Source: Thermoplasmata archaeon (lineage in GTDB: Archaea; Thermoplasmatota; SW-10-69-26; JACQPN01; JAJPHT01). From it: DNA of 64,000 nucleotides. Position numbers and translations under genes: made by a program. Shown piece by piece: positions 1-12,034 of the stretch; positions within the stretch are counted from its first letter, which is position 1; each line of letters starts with the position of its first letter. The notes beneath the pieces were generated by a model. It saw only the letters and a list, made by a program, of their open reading frames with translations, was not told the origin of the DNA and ran no database searches. Location of the stretch: positions 1 through 64,000 of the forward strand of contig JAXDQU010000008.1 of the NCBI GenBank assembly GCA_034667685.1. Reading direction: 5' to 3'.

Positions 1-87
1 TCGTTCCTCCGTGACCTCGGGGTCCTCCGTGGCTGGAGGCGGCGCTCACTCTGATATCACCAATCACGCTCACTGAGGGGAACAAAC

Positions 88-2685
<2,598 letters not shown>

Positions 2686-2686
2686 G

Positions 2687-5035
2687 CTAGTAGCGCACGC
2701 TCCGGTCGTATCGCCAGATGCGGTATCCGCCGGTGGACGGGTCCCAGTCGAGGACGCGGTCCCCTTCGAGGTCGATCAGCCTGTGGCGACCCCGGATGGT
2801 GTGCCATTGGCCGCGAACGAGCGGGTCCCCCGGGAACGGATCTCCCGACCCCGTGACGCCCGGATCGTACCGCCAGATGCGGTACCAGCCGTTGTCGGCG
2901 ACCCAGTCGAGCACGGTGTCGCCCCCCAACGGGATCAGCTCGTGGCCCGTGCGGATCGTGGACCAGCCGTGATCGACCAGGGGGCTCGCGGGGACGAAGG
3001 GATCGCCGTGCGTGACGCTCCGGTCGTAGCGCCAGATGCGGCAACGGCCGAAGAACGGGTCCGGCTCCCAGTCGAGCACGTGGTCGTTGCCCAGGTACGC
3101 CAGCTCGTGGTTCCCGCGGATCGTGCTCCATTGCCCGGCGGTCACCGGATTGCCCGGGAAGGGATCGCCGTTCGTCACGGAACGATCGTACCGCCACACG
3201 CGGTAGTTGCCCGAGGCGGGCTCCCAGTCCAGGACGCGGTCGCCGCCCAGGTAGATCAGCTTGTGGCCCAGGCGGATCGTCGTCCACTGCCCGGCCGTGA
3301 CGGGGCTTCCCGGGAAGGGGTCGCCGTTCGTCACGGACCGGTCGTAGGCCCAGATCCGGTAGTTGCCCGTGAAGGGCTCCCAGTCCAGGACCCGGTCGCC
3401 TCCGAGATAGACCAGCTCGTGGCCGTCGCGGATCGAGCCCCAGACCCCCTCGGTCTGCGGGTCGCCGGGGAACGGATCCGCGTGCCCGAAGATGCACGTC
3501 CGATCAACGTTCGACCAGTATCGTTGCAGGACGTAGCCGTCGCGCGGCGCGTTCCCTTCCTGCTCGCAGAGGTCGCCGATCTCGCATCCGTGCGCCCCCG
3601 TCCATCCGTTGCCGGAGCGGTCCGTGAACGCCTCCGCCATCTCGTGGCAGAGGAGGCCCGACGTGTTGGCCAAGGAGCCCCTCATGGGGACGACCGCGAA
3701 GAACAGGTTGCTCTTCCCCAGGAGCTTCCGGTAGTGGCCCCAGCTGTGATATCCGCCGAGGTTCCTCTTGCTCGAAAGGTCCCCGAGCGTGATCTCCGTC
3801 TCGCGCGGCGTCACGATGACGTAGAGCAGGTCCGTCTCGGACGAGGCCGGACGCGGGGCGACGGCGCCGGAGTCAAGCCACGCGGTGAGTCGATCCTGCA
3901 CGTCCGACTCCGAGAGCTTCTTCGGGTGGGGATCGCGGACGACGAAGGATCCCTCGAAGCGCGCCTCCCCGACGCCGTACTGCGCGAGGCCGGCCCGCCA
4001 TGGGCTGCCCACGAGGTACCGGAAGAAGCCGTCGAAGTCGGAGGCGGCCTGCGACCGGGCCGCGTCGATCGGGTCTCCGGGGAACGGGTCGCCCCGGGTG
4101 ACCGTCCGGTCGTATCGCCAGATGCGGTACGTGCCCGTCGCGGGCTCCCAATCCAGGACGGCGTCTCCCCCCAGGTACACGAGGCGGTGCCCCGTCCGGA
4201 TGGTGCCCCAGCGGCCTGACGTCACGGGATCTCCGGGGAACGGATCGCCGGAGGTCGTCGCGCGGTCGTAGCGCCAGATCCGGTAGTCTCCGGTGGCGGG
4301 CTCCCAGTCCAGCACGGCGTCGCCCCCCAGGTGGACGAGGAAGTGGCCGGCCCGGATCGTCTCCCAGCGGCCGGAGGTCAGCGGCCCGAGGAACGGATCG
4401 CCCGAGGTCACGGTGGGATCGTAGCGCCAGACGCGGAACTCCCCCGTGGCCGGAACCCAGTCGAGCACGTGGTTCCCGCCCAGCGAGACGAGCTTGTGAC
4501 CCGTCCGGATCGACTGCCACGCGCCCGAGGTGATGGGCACGCCGGGCAAGGGGTCGCCTTGCGCCTGCGTGCTGTCGTAGGCCCAGACGCGGTAGTCGCC
4601 AGTCGCGGGGACCCAATCCAGGACGCGGTCGGTCCCGAGCCAGATGAGCTCGTGCCCAGCCTTGATCGAGGACCACTTGCCCGAGGCGAGCGGCTCCCCG
4701 GGGAACGGATCGCCGTTGCGGACGCCCGGATCGTAACGCCAGACGCGGTATTGGCCGCTCGAGGGGACCCAGTCCAGCACCTGGTCGCCGCCCACGTGGA
4801 CGAGCTGGTGGCCCAGGCGGATGGTGGACCAGTGGCCCGGCTCGAACGCGTCGTCCCAATAGACGGCGACGACCCGCGGGTTGTGGAGGACGGCCCCGCT
4901 CCCTTCGGTCACGCCGTCGGTGTTGCCGTGGCATTCGTCGTTGACGTCACCTTCGACGTCGCGGGCCTGGACTTGCCGCGGCAGCTTCGGGTGGTGGAGG
5001 CTTTGCTTGGTCCGCGGACGCTTGGGCTTGCCCAT
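2687..5035 (-). CDS. Repeat protein: 5+5 Trp-rich ~52-aa repeats (putative beta-propellers) with a Phi-1/EXORDIUM-like domain
   Basis: Repeat GxWxxIRxGHxLxxLGGDxVLDWxPxxGxYRxWRYDxxVTxGDPFPGxP occurs 10 times; central region has GGYHS, CHEMAEAFTD, EIGDLC, QRYWSN; start uncertain (5035 or 5113). Confidence 0.7.
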   Translation of the reverse strand: MGKPKRPRTKQSLHHPKLPRQVQARDVEGDVNDECHGNTDGVTEGSGAVLHNPRVVAVYWDDAFEPGHWSTIRLGHQLVHVGGDQVLDWVPSSGQYRVWRYDPGVRNGDPFPGEPLASGKWSSIKAGHELIWLGTDRVLDWVPATGDYRVWAYDSTQAQGDPLPGVPITSGAWQSIRTGHKLVSLGGNHVLDWVPATGEFRVWRYDPTVTSGDPFLGPLTSGRWETIRAGHFLVHLGGDAVLDWEPATGDYRIWRYDRATTSGDPFPGDPVTSGRWGTIRTGHRLVYLGGDAVLDWEPATGTYRIWRYDRTVTRGDPFPGDPIDAARSQAASDFDGFFRYLVGSPWRAGLAQYGVGEARFEGSFVVRDPHPKKLSESDVQDRLTAWLDSGAVAPRPASSETDLLYVIVTPRETEITLGDLSSKRNLGGYHSWGHYRKLLGKSNLFFAVVPMRGSLANTSGLLCHEMAEAFTDRSGNGWTGAHGCEIGDLCEQEGNAPRDGYVLQRYWSNVDRTCIFGHADPFPGDPQTEGVWGSIRDGHELVYLGGDRVLDWEPFTGNYRIWAYDRSVTNGDPFPGSPVTAGQWTTIRLGHKLIYLGGDRVLDWEPASGNYRVWRYDRSVTNGDPFPGNPVTAGQWSTIRGNHELAYLGNDHVLDWEPDPFFGRCRIWRYDRSVTHGDPFVPASPLVDHGWSTIRTGHELIPLGGDTVLDWVADNGWYRIWRYDPGVTGSGDPFPGDPLVRGQWHTIRGRHRLIDLEGDRVLDWDPSTGGYRIWRYDRSVRY

Positions 5036-5233
5036 GCCTGTTCGGCCCGTCGAACGCGTCCGCCACGGAATAACATGTCGGGGTCGTGAGCGCGGATCAC
5101 GCGAACCGGACACGGTCGGCCGAGAGCACCGAGCACCCGCAGGCGAGCAGTCCGCAGTGGGGGCAGCATCCGGTGGAGGTGGCGAGGAGCCCGAAGCGCA
5201 GTTGCATGGCTGCGAGCACGTTGGTTCCGCGCT

Positions 5234-6769
5234 TCAACCCGTATCGCCCACCGCAGGGGGTGGTCCCGCGGCGAGCGCATCGGCGTCCTGCACGGGCACG
5301 TCGCGCGTCGTGGAGGCGAGCGGCAGGCGCAGGACGAAGGTGGTGCCCGCCCCGACCTCCGTCTCGAAGCGGACGGCGCCGCCGTGCACCTCGACGATGC
5401 GCCGCGTGATGGCGAGGCCCAGCCCCGTGCCGTCGGGCTTGGTCGTGAAGAACGGGTCGAAGATCCGCTCGCGCACCTCGGGCGCGATGCCGGTGCCCTC
5501 GTCGGCGACGGCGACCTCGGCCTGCTCGCCCACGGCGCGCGTCTCGACGCGGATCGTGCCGCCCTCGGGCATCGCCTCGGCCGCGTTGACGAGCAGGTTG
5601 ATGACGACGCGCTGGAGCGCGCCGCGGTCCGCCAGCAGCGGGCCGGTCGGATCGAGCTGGGAGACGACCTCGACGCGGCCGCGGGTCGTGGCGCGGAAGA
5701 GCTCGACGGCGCCCCCGACGATCTCCTCCAGCCCTGGCTGGGGGCGCAGGCCCGTCTCGCCGCGCGCGAAGGGGCGCAGGTCCTTCACGAGCGAGTTGAT
5801 GCGCTCGACGCCTTCCAGCGCGGCCTCGCCGTGGCGGGCGATGTCCTCGACGAGCGGCGCGAGGCGCGGGTCCTCCTGCGCGGCCTGGGCGAGGCGCCGG
5901 TTGAGGAGGAAGATGTTGTTGGAGAGGTAGGTGAGCGGCGTGCGAAGCTCGTGCGCCACGCCCGAGACGAGCGTGCCCAGCGCGCTGAGCTTCTCCGCGA
6001 GCGCGAGCTGCTTGCGCGACTCCTCCAATTCGGCCTGCGCGCGGAGGCGCTCGCGCTCGTCGTGGAGCGCCAGGACGACGCCGCCCGTCGCGGGGCTGGG
6101 CGCGAGGGTGAGCGCGAGGCTGAGCGTCTCGCCGCGCGCGCCGGCCATGGTGGCGCGCTCCAGCCGCGCGGGACGCCCGACCCGGACCGCCTCCTGGATG
6201 CGCGCGAGGTCGGGGCCGCGCAGCAGCGCGTCGAGCCGGAGGCCGACGCATCCGCCCTGGGGTGATAGCATCGCGTCGGCGGCGGCGTTGGCGAACGTGA
6301 CGACGCCCTCCTCGTCGAGCGCCAGCACGCCCTCGGCGAGGCTGTCGGTGATGGCGCGCGTGAAGGCGAGCTGGCGGCGCGCGCTGGACTCCGCGGCCTC
6401 CAGCCGGACGGCGTTGCGCACGCACTGCGCGAGGCGCTCGGGCGAGGCGAGCGCCTTGGGCAGGTAGTCGGTGGCGCCCGCCTTCATCAGCTCGACGGCG
6501 AGCGCCTCGTCGCCCTGCCCGGTGAGGATGACGATCGGCGAGGCGATGTCCGCGGCGCGCGCCTCGACGAGCAGGTCGCGTCCGTTGCCGTCGGGCAGCA
6601 TGTAGTCGAGGAGCACGACGTCCGCGGGCTTGCTGCGCAGCGCCGCGAGCCCCTCGTCGCAGCGGCGCGCCTCGCGCACGCTGGCCGCCAGGCCCGAGGC
6701 GCGCAGCGCGCGCTTCACGGCCAGGCGGTCCACGTCGTCGTCGTCCACGACCAGCACGTCGAGGATCAT
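5234..6769 (-). CDS. Hybrid sensor kinase (REC-PAS-HisKA-HATPase)
   Basis: N-terminal VLVVDDD..LLDY..LTG..YLPK receiver; GVAHELRTPL H-box; NLLVNA, DEGTGI, FFTTKPDGTGLGL; ATG overlaps upstream TGA. Confidence 0.92.
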   Translation of the reverse strand: MILDVLVVDDDDVDRLAVKRALRASGLAASVREARRCDEGLAALRSKPADVVLLDYMLPDGNGRDLLVEARAADIASPIVILTGQGDEALAVELMKAGATDYLPKALASPERLAQCVRNAVRLEAAESSARRQLAFTRAITDSLAEGVLALDEEGVVTFANAAADAMLSPQGGCVGLRLDALLRGPDLARIQEAVRVGRPARLERATMAGARGETLSLALTLAPSPATGGVVLALHDERERLRAQAELEESRKQLALAEKLSALGTLVSGVAHELRTPLTYLSNNIFLLNRRLAQAAQEDPRLAPLVEDIARHGEAALEGVERINSLVKDLRPFARGETGLRPQPGLEEIVGGAVELFRATTRGRVEVVSQLDPTGPLLADRGALQRVVINLLVNAAEAMPEGGTIRVETRAVGEQAEVAVADEGTGIAPEVRERIFDPFFTTKPDGTGLGLAITRRIVEVHGGAVRFETEVGAGTTFVLRLPLASTTRDVPVQDADALAAGPPPAVGDTG

Positions 6770-7227
6770 CAGGGCAGCTCGCTCAGGGTCCAGTACTTGT
6801 TCAGCGCCGCCATCGTCTCGATGAAGTTGGCGAGCGTGACGGGCTTGAGGATGTAGCCTGCGACGTTGAGGTTGTACGCCTCGACGCGGTCCTTGTCGTC
6901 GTTGCTCGTGGTGAGGACGACGACGGGCGTGCCGCGAAGCTCGGGGTCGGCGCGCAGCTCGCGCAGGAACTCGATCCCGCCCATGCGGGGCATGTTGAGG
7001 TCGAGCAGCACGAGCCGCCGGTTCGGGGGCATCTGGCCGCTGCGCAGGATCTCCAGCGCGTCGAGCCCGTTGCCCGCGAGGTGGAGCGGGTTGGCGATGT
7101 TGTTCTTCTTGAACGCGCGCTGCACGTTCATCACGTCGACCTCGTCGTCCTCGACGAGGAGGATGTTCGTCTCGCGCGGGTCGGCTCCGCCGGCCCGAGG
7201 CTCCTGGGAATCGATCTGCAGCTTCAT
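6769..7227 (-). CDS. Single-domain response regulator (Rcp1-like)
   Basis: ILLVEDDEVD, LLDLNMPRMGG, VVLTTS, YILKPV; ATGA overlap with kinase stop. Confidence 0.92.
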   Translation of the reverse strand: MKLQIDSQEPRAGGADPRETNILLVEDDEVDVMNVQRAFKKNNIANPLHLAGNGLDALEILRSGQMPPNRRLVLLDLNMPRMGGIEFLRELRADPELRGTPVVVLTTSNDDKDRVEAYNLNVAGYILKPVTLANFIETMAALNKYWTLSELP

Positions 7228-9527
7228 GGTCTCTCCCCTTTGGGCCAGGTGAACGAGAAGGTCGCGCCGCGGCCCTCCTCCGAGGCGAGCGAGACCTGGC
7301 CGCCCGCGGCCTCGACGATCTTCTTGACGAGCGCCAGGCCGATGCCCGTGCCCTCGACCTTGTCGCGCGCCTCCAGCGTCTGGAAGATGACGAAGACGCG
7401 CTCGTGATATCGCGCCGCGATGCCGGGCCCGTCGTCCTCGACCTCGAAGCGCCAGCGCCATCCCTCGTCCTTCGCGCGGACGCGGACGCGCCCCTCGCTC
7501 TTCCGGTGGTGGTGCTTGATCGCGTTGCCGATGAGGTTGAGGAGGACCTGGTGCAGGCGGAGGCGCTCGGCGCGCACGACGGGCATGTCGGGCGCGACCT
7601 CGACGACGAAGCCCGGGGGCGGGTCGAGGAGGTCCACGAGCTCGGCGACGAGCCGGCCCGTGTCGACGTCCTCCAGCTTGCCGCGCACGCGGCCCACGCG
7701 CGAGTATTGCAGGATCGCGTCGATGAGCGACTCCATCCTGGAGACGCGGCCGCGCAGCAGCTCGAGGTGCTCGCGCACGCCGTCGGTGACGTGCTCGCCC
7801 ATGTCCTCCTCGATCCAGCGCGAGAGGTTGGCGATGCCGCGCAGGGGCGCCTTGAGGTCGTGGCTCGTGACGTAGGCGAACTGGTCGAGCTCCTTGATGG
7901 TGCGCCGCAGCGGCGTGACGTCGCGATAGCACCAGATGCGCCCCACGAGCGCGCCGTCGGCTAGGCGCACGGGCGCACCGTAGCGGTCGAGGATCGTGCC
8001 GTCGGCCAGCTCGACCTCGTCGCGCAGCGTCGCGCCGGAGAGGTCGCCCTCGTAGTAGCGCGTGCCGGCGAGGAAGGCGTCGCGGCTCCTGACGCGGGAG
8101 AGCGCGTAGCCGCGGCACGCCTCGACGTCGCGCAGCGCGATGACGTCCTCGGGGATGCCCCAGACCTCGGTGAAGCGCTTGTTCCACGAGAGGATCCTGC
8201 CGTCGAGCCCCACGACGAGGATCGCGTCGAGCACGCTCTCCATCTGCGCCTCGAGGAGCGCGCGCTGGAGCTGCTCGTTGGCCTGCGCCCGCTTCTGGGC
8301 GGAGAGGTCGCGCACGAAGCCCGTGAAGGTCGGGGCGCCTTCGCCCGGGAGCCGGAGGATGGCAAGCTCGGCGGGGAAGCGCTCGCCGTCGCGGCGGACC
8401 GCGGGCATCTCCAGGCGCTGGCCGGCGACCTTCGCATTGCCGGTGGCGACGTAGCGCTGGAGCCCCTGGCGGTGCGGCTCGCGGAGCTCGGGCGGGACGA
8501 TGAGGTCGGCCATCTCGCGGCCCAGCGCCTCCTCGCGCGTCCAGCCGAACGTGCGCTGCGCGGCCGGGTTCCACGCCAGGATGCGCCCGGCCTCGTCGAG
8601 CGTGACGATGGCGTCGAGCGCGGCGTCGACGACGGCGCCCGCGCGCGCCGCGGCGTCGTGCCGGGCGTCCTCCGCGGCCGCGCGCTCGACGAAGAGCCCG
8701 ACCTGCGCGCCGATGGCGTCGAGCACGCGCACGAGCGCCGCGTCGGGGGCGCGCAGGTCGCGCGCGAGGAGCTCGATGACGCCCGCCACGCGCCCCGAGA
8801 TGCGCAGGGGGAACGCGACCGCGCCGCGCGGGCCTGCGCCGCCGGCGGCATCGCGCGCGTCCGCCGCGGAGTCGGGGATCCACTCGGGCGCGCGGCTGGC
8901 GAGCACGCGGCCTGGGAGCCCTTCGCCCTTCGCGAGGCGCGCGCCCTGCGTGGCGTCCACGAACGCCTGCGCGTCCGCGCCCGGCGCGCGCCACGTGGCC
9001 GTGCACACGAGGCCGGCGTCTTCCGGGAGCCAGAGCGCGCCGGCGTCCCAGCCCAGGCTCTCGCCCAGCGCGGCCAGCAGGCGCGGCACCACCTCGGCAG
9101 GCGGGAGCGCCTCGGCGAGGACGCGCGCGAGGGCGTTCTGCGCCTCCTGGCGCTGCGCCGCGCGGCGCGCCTCGGTCACGTCCTGGAAGAGGTTGAGCGC
9201 GAGGGGCGCGCGCGTGCCCAGGGGCGAGGACCTCACGAGCGCCCAGCGGTCCTCGCCGGTCGCGCGGACGTGGAAGCGGAGCAGGCGGTCGCGCCGGACG
9301 CCCTCGGCGAGCGCGCCCGGAGGGAGCGGCGCGCCCGACTCGTCGAACGCCTCCGCGCGGGTGAAGGGCTCCGCCGCGGCGTTCGCGTAGACGATGCCGG
9401 CGGGCGATTGCACCGTGACGCCCTCGGCGAGCGCGCCGAAGAGCGCGTCGAGCCCCGCGGGCGAGGCGAGCGCGGCCAAGGGGTCTGCGCCCTCGTCGAC
9501 GGGCACGCTGCGAAGCTCCAACGCCAT
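7224..9527 (-). CDS. PAS-GAF-PAS-PAS sensor histidine kinase
   Basis: FAYVTSHDLKAPLRGI H-box, NLIGNAIKH, DDGPGI, GTGIGL; PAS motifs WNPAAQRTFGW and WNKRFTEVWGI; GAF motif GEGLPGRV; start may be 9563. Confidence 0.9.
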   Translation of the reverse strand: MALELRSVPVDEGADPLAALASPAGLDALFGALAEGVTVQSPAGIVYANAAAEPFTRAEAFDESGAPLPPGALAEGVRRDRLLRFHVRATGEDRWALVRSSPLGTRAPLALNLFQDVTEARRAAQRQEAQNALARVLAEALPPAEVVPRLLAALGESLGWDAGALWLPEDAGLVCTATWRAPGADAQAFVDATQGARLAKGEGLPGRVLASRAPEWIPDSAADARDAAGGAGPRGAVAFPLRISGRVAGVIELLARDLRAPDAALVRVLDAIGAQVGLFVERAAAEDARHDAAARAGAVVDAALDAIVTLDEAGRILAWNPAAQRTFGWTREEALGREMADLIVPPELREPHRQGLQRYVATGNAKVAGQRLEMPAVRRDGERFPAELAILRLPGEGAPTFTGFVRDLSAQKRAQANEQLQRALLEAQMESVLDAILVVGLDGRILSWNKRFTEVWGIPEDVIALRDVEACRGYALSRVRSRDAFLAGTRYYEGDLSGATLRDEVELADGTILDRYGAPVRLADGALVGRIWCYRDVTPLRRTIKELDQFAYVTSHDLKAPLRGIANLSRWIEEDMGEHVTDGVREHLELLRGRVSRMESLIDAILQYSRVGRVRGKLEDVDTGRLVAELVDLLDPPPGFVVEVAPDMPVVRAERLRLHQVLLNLIGNAIKHHHRKSEGRVRVRAKDEGWRWRFEVEDDGPGIAARYHERVFVIFQTLEARDKVEGTGIGLALVKKIVEAAGGQVSLASEEGRGATFSFTWPKGERP

Positions 9528-9631
9528 CGGGACACCCGGCGCGCGAACGAGCCCCCGAGGCATCTTATGCGTGTCGCCTACGCGCCCGCCTGCAACAAAC
9601 GCCAAATACGCCGCGCTCGGGTCCGCCCTCG

Positions 9632-10681
9632 ATGCGTCCGCTGCTCCTCGTCGTCCTCGCCGGTCTCCTGGCGCCCGCGCTCGCGGGCTGTGTCAACGCC
9701 CCCGGCGCGACGACCGCGGGCGCGCCCAGCGCCATGGACGCGGCGATGGCGATGAACGTCACGCCGCCCAAAGCAACGGACGTGCTCGCCGCGCTCAAGG
9801 GCTTCAGCGAGGCGTACCCGTACCGGCAGGCGGCCACGCCCAACCACCTCGCGGCGCGCGACGCGCTGGAGAAGATGATGAAGGACGCCGGCCTGGAGAC
9901 GGAGCGGCAGGACTTCGACACGACGGGCGTCGTCTCCGCGGTTCCCGCGACGGGGCAGAACGTCATCGGCATCAAGTGGGGCCAGGACCGCGAGCGCTGG
10001 GTCGTCGTGGGCGCGCACTACGACGTCACCGAGGGCGCGGTCTACGGCACGTACGACGACGGGAGCGGCACCATCGACGTCGCCATGCTCGCCAAGGCAC
10101 TCGCGCACGTCAACACCACGCGCACGATCGCGTTCGTCGAGTTCGACCAGGAGGAACGCGGCCTCGTGGGCTCGCACGCCTTCGTCGAGGCCGTCACGAA
10201 GGGGACGTTCAAGCACAAGATCACGGTGGACGCGATGCTCGACCTCGACATGGTGGGCATCACGTGGCCGCACCCGGCGAACCTCATCTGCTGGCAGAAC
10301 AGCCCGAGCCTGGAGAACGAGACGCGCACGCTCGCCAACGCCAGCAAGATCCCGGCGGACCACCTGGAGTTCCGCAAGCCCAAGGGCGGCAGCAGCGACG
10401 GCGCGTCGTTCATCGCGGCGGGCATCGCGACCGCGTACTTCTGGAGCGACTGGGACGAGTACGTCCTGCCGGACGGCCAGGTGGCGCCCGTGACGTCCGG
10501 CTACGTCGGCACCTACCCCTGGTGGCACAAGGTGGACACGTACGACACGATGGTCGCGAGCGCCGGCGACGAGGCCACGCTCGCGGCGGGCTTCCAGACC
10601 ACGCTGAACCTCGTGACGCCGCTCATCCTCTACATGGCCGGCCCGACGTTCACGCCCGATGGCGTGCAGCCGGCGAAGTGA
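9632..10681 (+). CDS. M28 family Zn-peptidase, lipoprotein
   Basis: Lipobox LAGC; GAHYD, DDGSG, FDQEERGLVGS, LDLDM, SSD, WHKVDT. Confidence 0.85.
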   Translation: MRPLLLVVLAGLLAPALAGCVNAPGATTAGAPSAMDAAMAMNVTPPKATDVLAALKGFSEAYPYRQAATPNHLAARDALEKMMKDAGLETERQDFDTTGVVSAVPATGQNVIGIKWGQDRERWVVVGAHYDVTEGAVYGTYDDGSGTIDVAMLAKALAHVNTTRTIAFVEFDQEERGLVGSHAFVEAVTKGTFKHKITVDAMLDLDMVGITWPHPANLICWQNSPSLENETRTLANASKIPADHLEFRKPKGGSSDGASFIAAGIATAYFWSDWDEYVLPDGQVAPVTSGYVGTYPWWHKVDTYDTMVASAGDEATLAAGFQTTLNLVTPLILYMAGPTFTPDGVQPAK

Positions 10682-10721
10682 GCCGCACGCTTGATGCGGT
10701 GTCGCGCGGTTGCGCGCCGCG

Positions 10722-10943
10722 ATGCGCGTCCTTCTGCCGCTCGTCGTCCTCTTCGCCTTCGCGGCGCTCCCGCTCGCCGGCGCCTCCACGCCGGTCCACG
10801 CCCCCACCTCGATCTGCCACGGGGAGCGCGTCGGCTTCGAGGGGTACGAGGAGTGGTGCGTCAATCCGACGGACCCGCATTGCCTCATCGAGGAGAACGT
10901 CTGGACCGGCGCCGACGGCTTCTCGTACTGCACGGGCGTCTGA
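10722..10943 (+). CDS. Small secreted Cys-containing protein
   Basis: Signal peptide ending LAGAS, 4 Cys, host-like codons, fills the gap between co-oriented genes. Confidence 0.6.
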   Translation: MRVLLPLVVLFAFAALPLAGASTPVHAPTSICHGERVGFEGYEEWCVNPTDPHCLIEENVWTGADGFSYCTGV

Positions 10944-10948
10944 GCCCG

Positions 10949-11965
10949 ATGGCCGACCTTCCCACCGCGCGCCTGGGCGGCTCGGGCGCCCGTGTGACGC
11001 GCCTCGCCCTGGGCTGCATGGGCTTCGGCAGCAAGGCGTGGCGCCCCTGGGTCGTGGAGCGCGCCGAGGCGCTGCCCATCCTCCGCCGCGCGCTCGACCT
11101 GGGCGTCGACTTCCTCGACACCGCCGACATGTACAGCCTCGGCGAGAGCGAGCGCATCGTGGGCGAGGCGCTCGAAGGCCGCCGCGAGGACGTCGTGCTC
11201 GCCACGAAAGGATATCACGCGATGGGCGCCAGGCCAAACGACAAGGGGCTCTCGCGCAAGCACCTCGTCAGCGCGATGCGCGCCTCGCTGGAGCGGCTGC
11301 GCACGGACCACGTCGACCTCTACCAGATCCACCGCTTCGACGAGGAGACGCCCGCGGACGAGGCGCTGCGCACGCTCTCCGGCTTCGTCGACGAGGGCAA
11401 GGCGCGCTACCTGGGCGCCTCCACCATGTGGGCCTGGCAGTTCGCCCTTTTGCTATCGCGGCAGCGCGAGCGCGGCTGGCACCCGTTCGTGACGATGCAG
11501 AACCACTGGAACCTCGCCTACCGCGAGGAGGAGCGCGAGATGGTGCCGCTCTGCCGCCACGAGGGCGTGGGCCTGATCCCGTGGAGCCCGCTGGCGCGTG
11601 GCTTCCTGGCCGGGCGCGAATCGCGCGAGCGCGGCGCGAGGCGCGCCTCGGACCACGGGCGCTCGTTCTACGATGACAAGGCCAGCCACGAGATCGCGCA
11701 GCGCGTCGACGAGCTGGCCGCGCGCAAGTCGGTGACGCCGAGCCAGATCGCCCTCGCGTGGCTGCTCCACCAGCCCGGCGTCGTCGCGCCCATCGTGGGC
11801 GTCACCAGGATGCAGCACCTGGAGGAGGCCGTCGCCGCGCTGCACGTGCGCCTCGCGCCGGATGAGCTTCGCTCGCTGGAGGAGGCGTACCGCCCCCGGC
11901 CCGTCGCGGGGTGGTTCCGCTCGGGAGGCGTGCCGCGCGAGCACCTGCACCCGGACGAGCCCTGA
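10949..11965 (+). CDS. Aldo/keto reductase
   Basis: LGCMGFG, DTADMYSLGESE, LATKG, DLYQIHRFD, MQNHWNL, PWSPLARG. Confidence 0.93.
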   Translation: MADLPTARLGGSGARVTRLALGCMGFGSKAWRPWVVERAEALPILRRALDLGVDFLDTADMYSLGESERIVGEALEGRREDVVLATKGYHAMGARPNDKGLSRKHLVSAMRASLERLRTDHVDLYQIHRFDEETPADEALRTLSGFVDEGKARYLGASTMWAWQFALLLSRQRERGWHPFVTMQNHWNLAYREEEREMVPLCRHEGVGLIPWSPLARGFLAGRESRERGARRASDHGRSFYDDKASHEIAQRVDELAARKSVTPSQIALAWLLHQPGVVAPIVGVTRMQHLEEAVAALHVRLAPDELRSLEEAYRPRPVAGWFRSGGVPREHLHPDEP

Positions 11966-12034
11966 GCGTTTCCGGTCGAGACTTTCTCGCAAACGGGCGC
12001 GGCCCTTATCTCTTGCCGCCGCTTGGCTCGCAGC

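Noticed and set aside
2687-4840. DNA-level ~156-bp repeats as a non-coding array
   Set aside because: Explained by in-frame protein repeats with synonymous divergence
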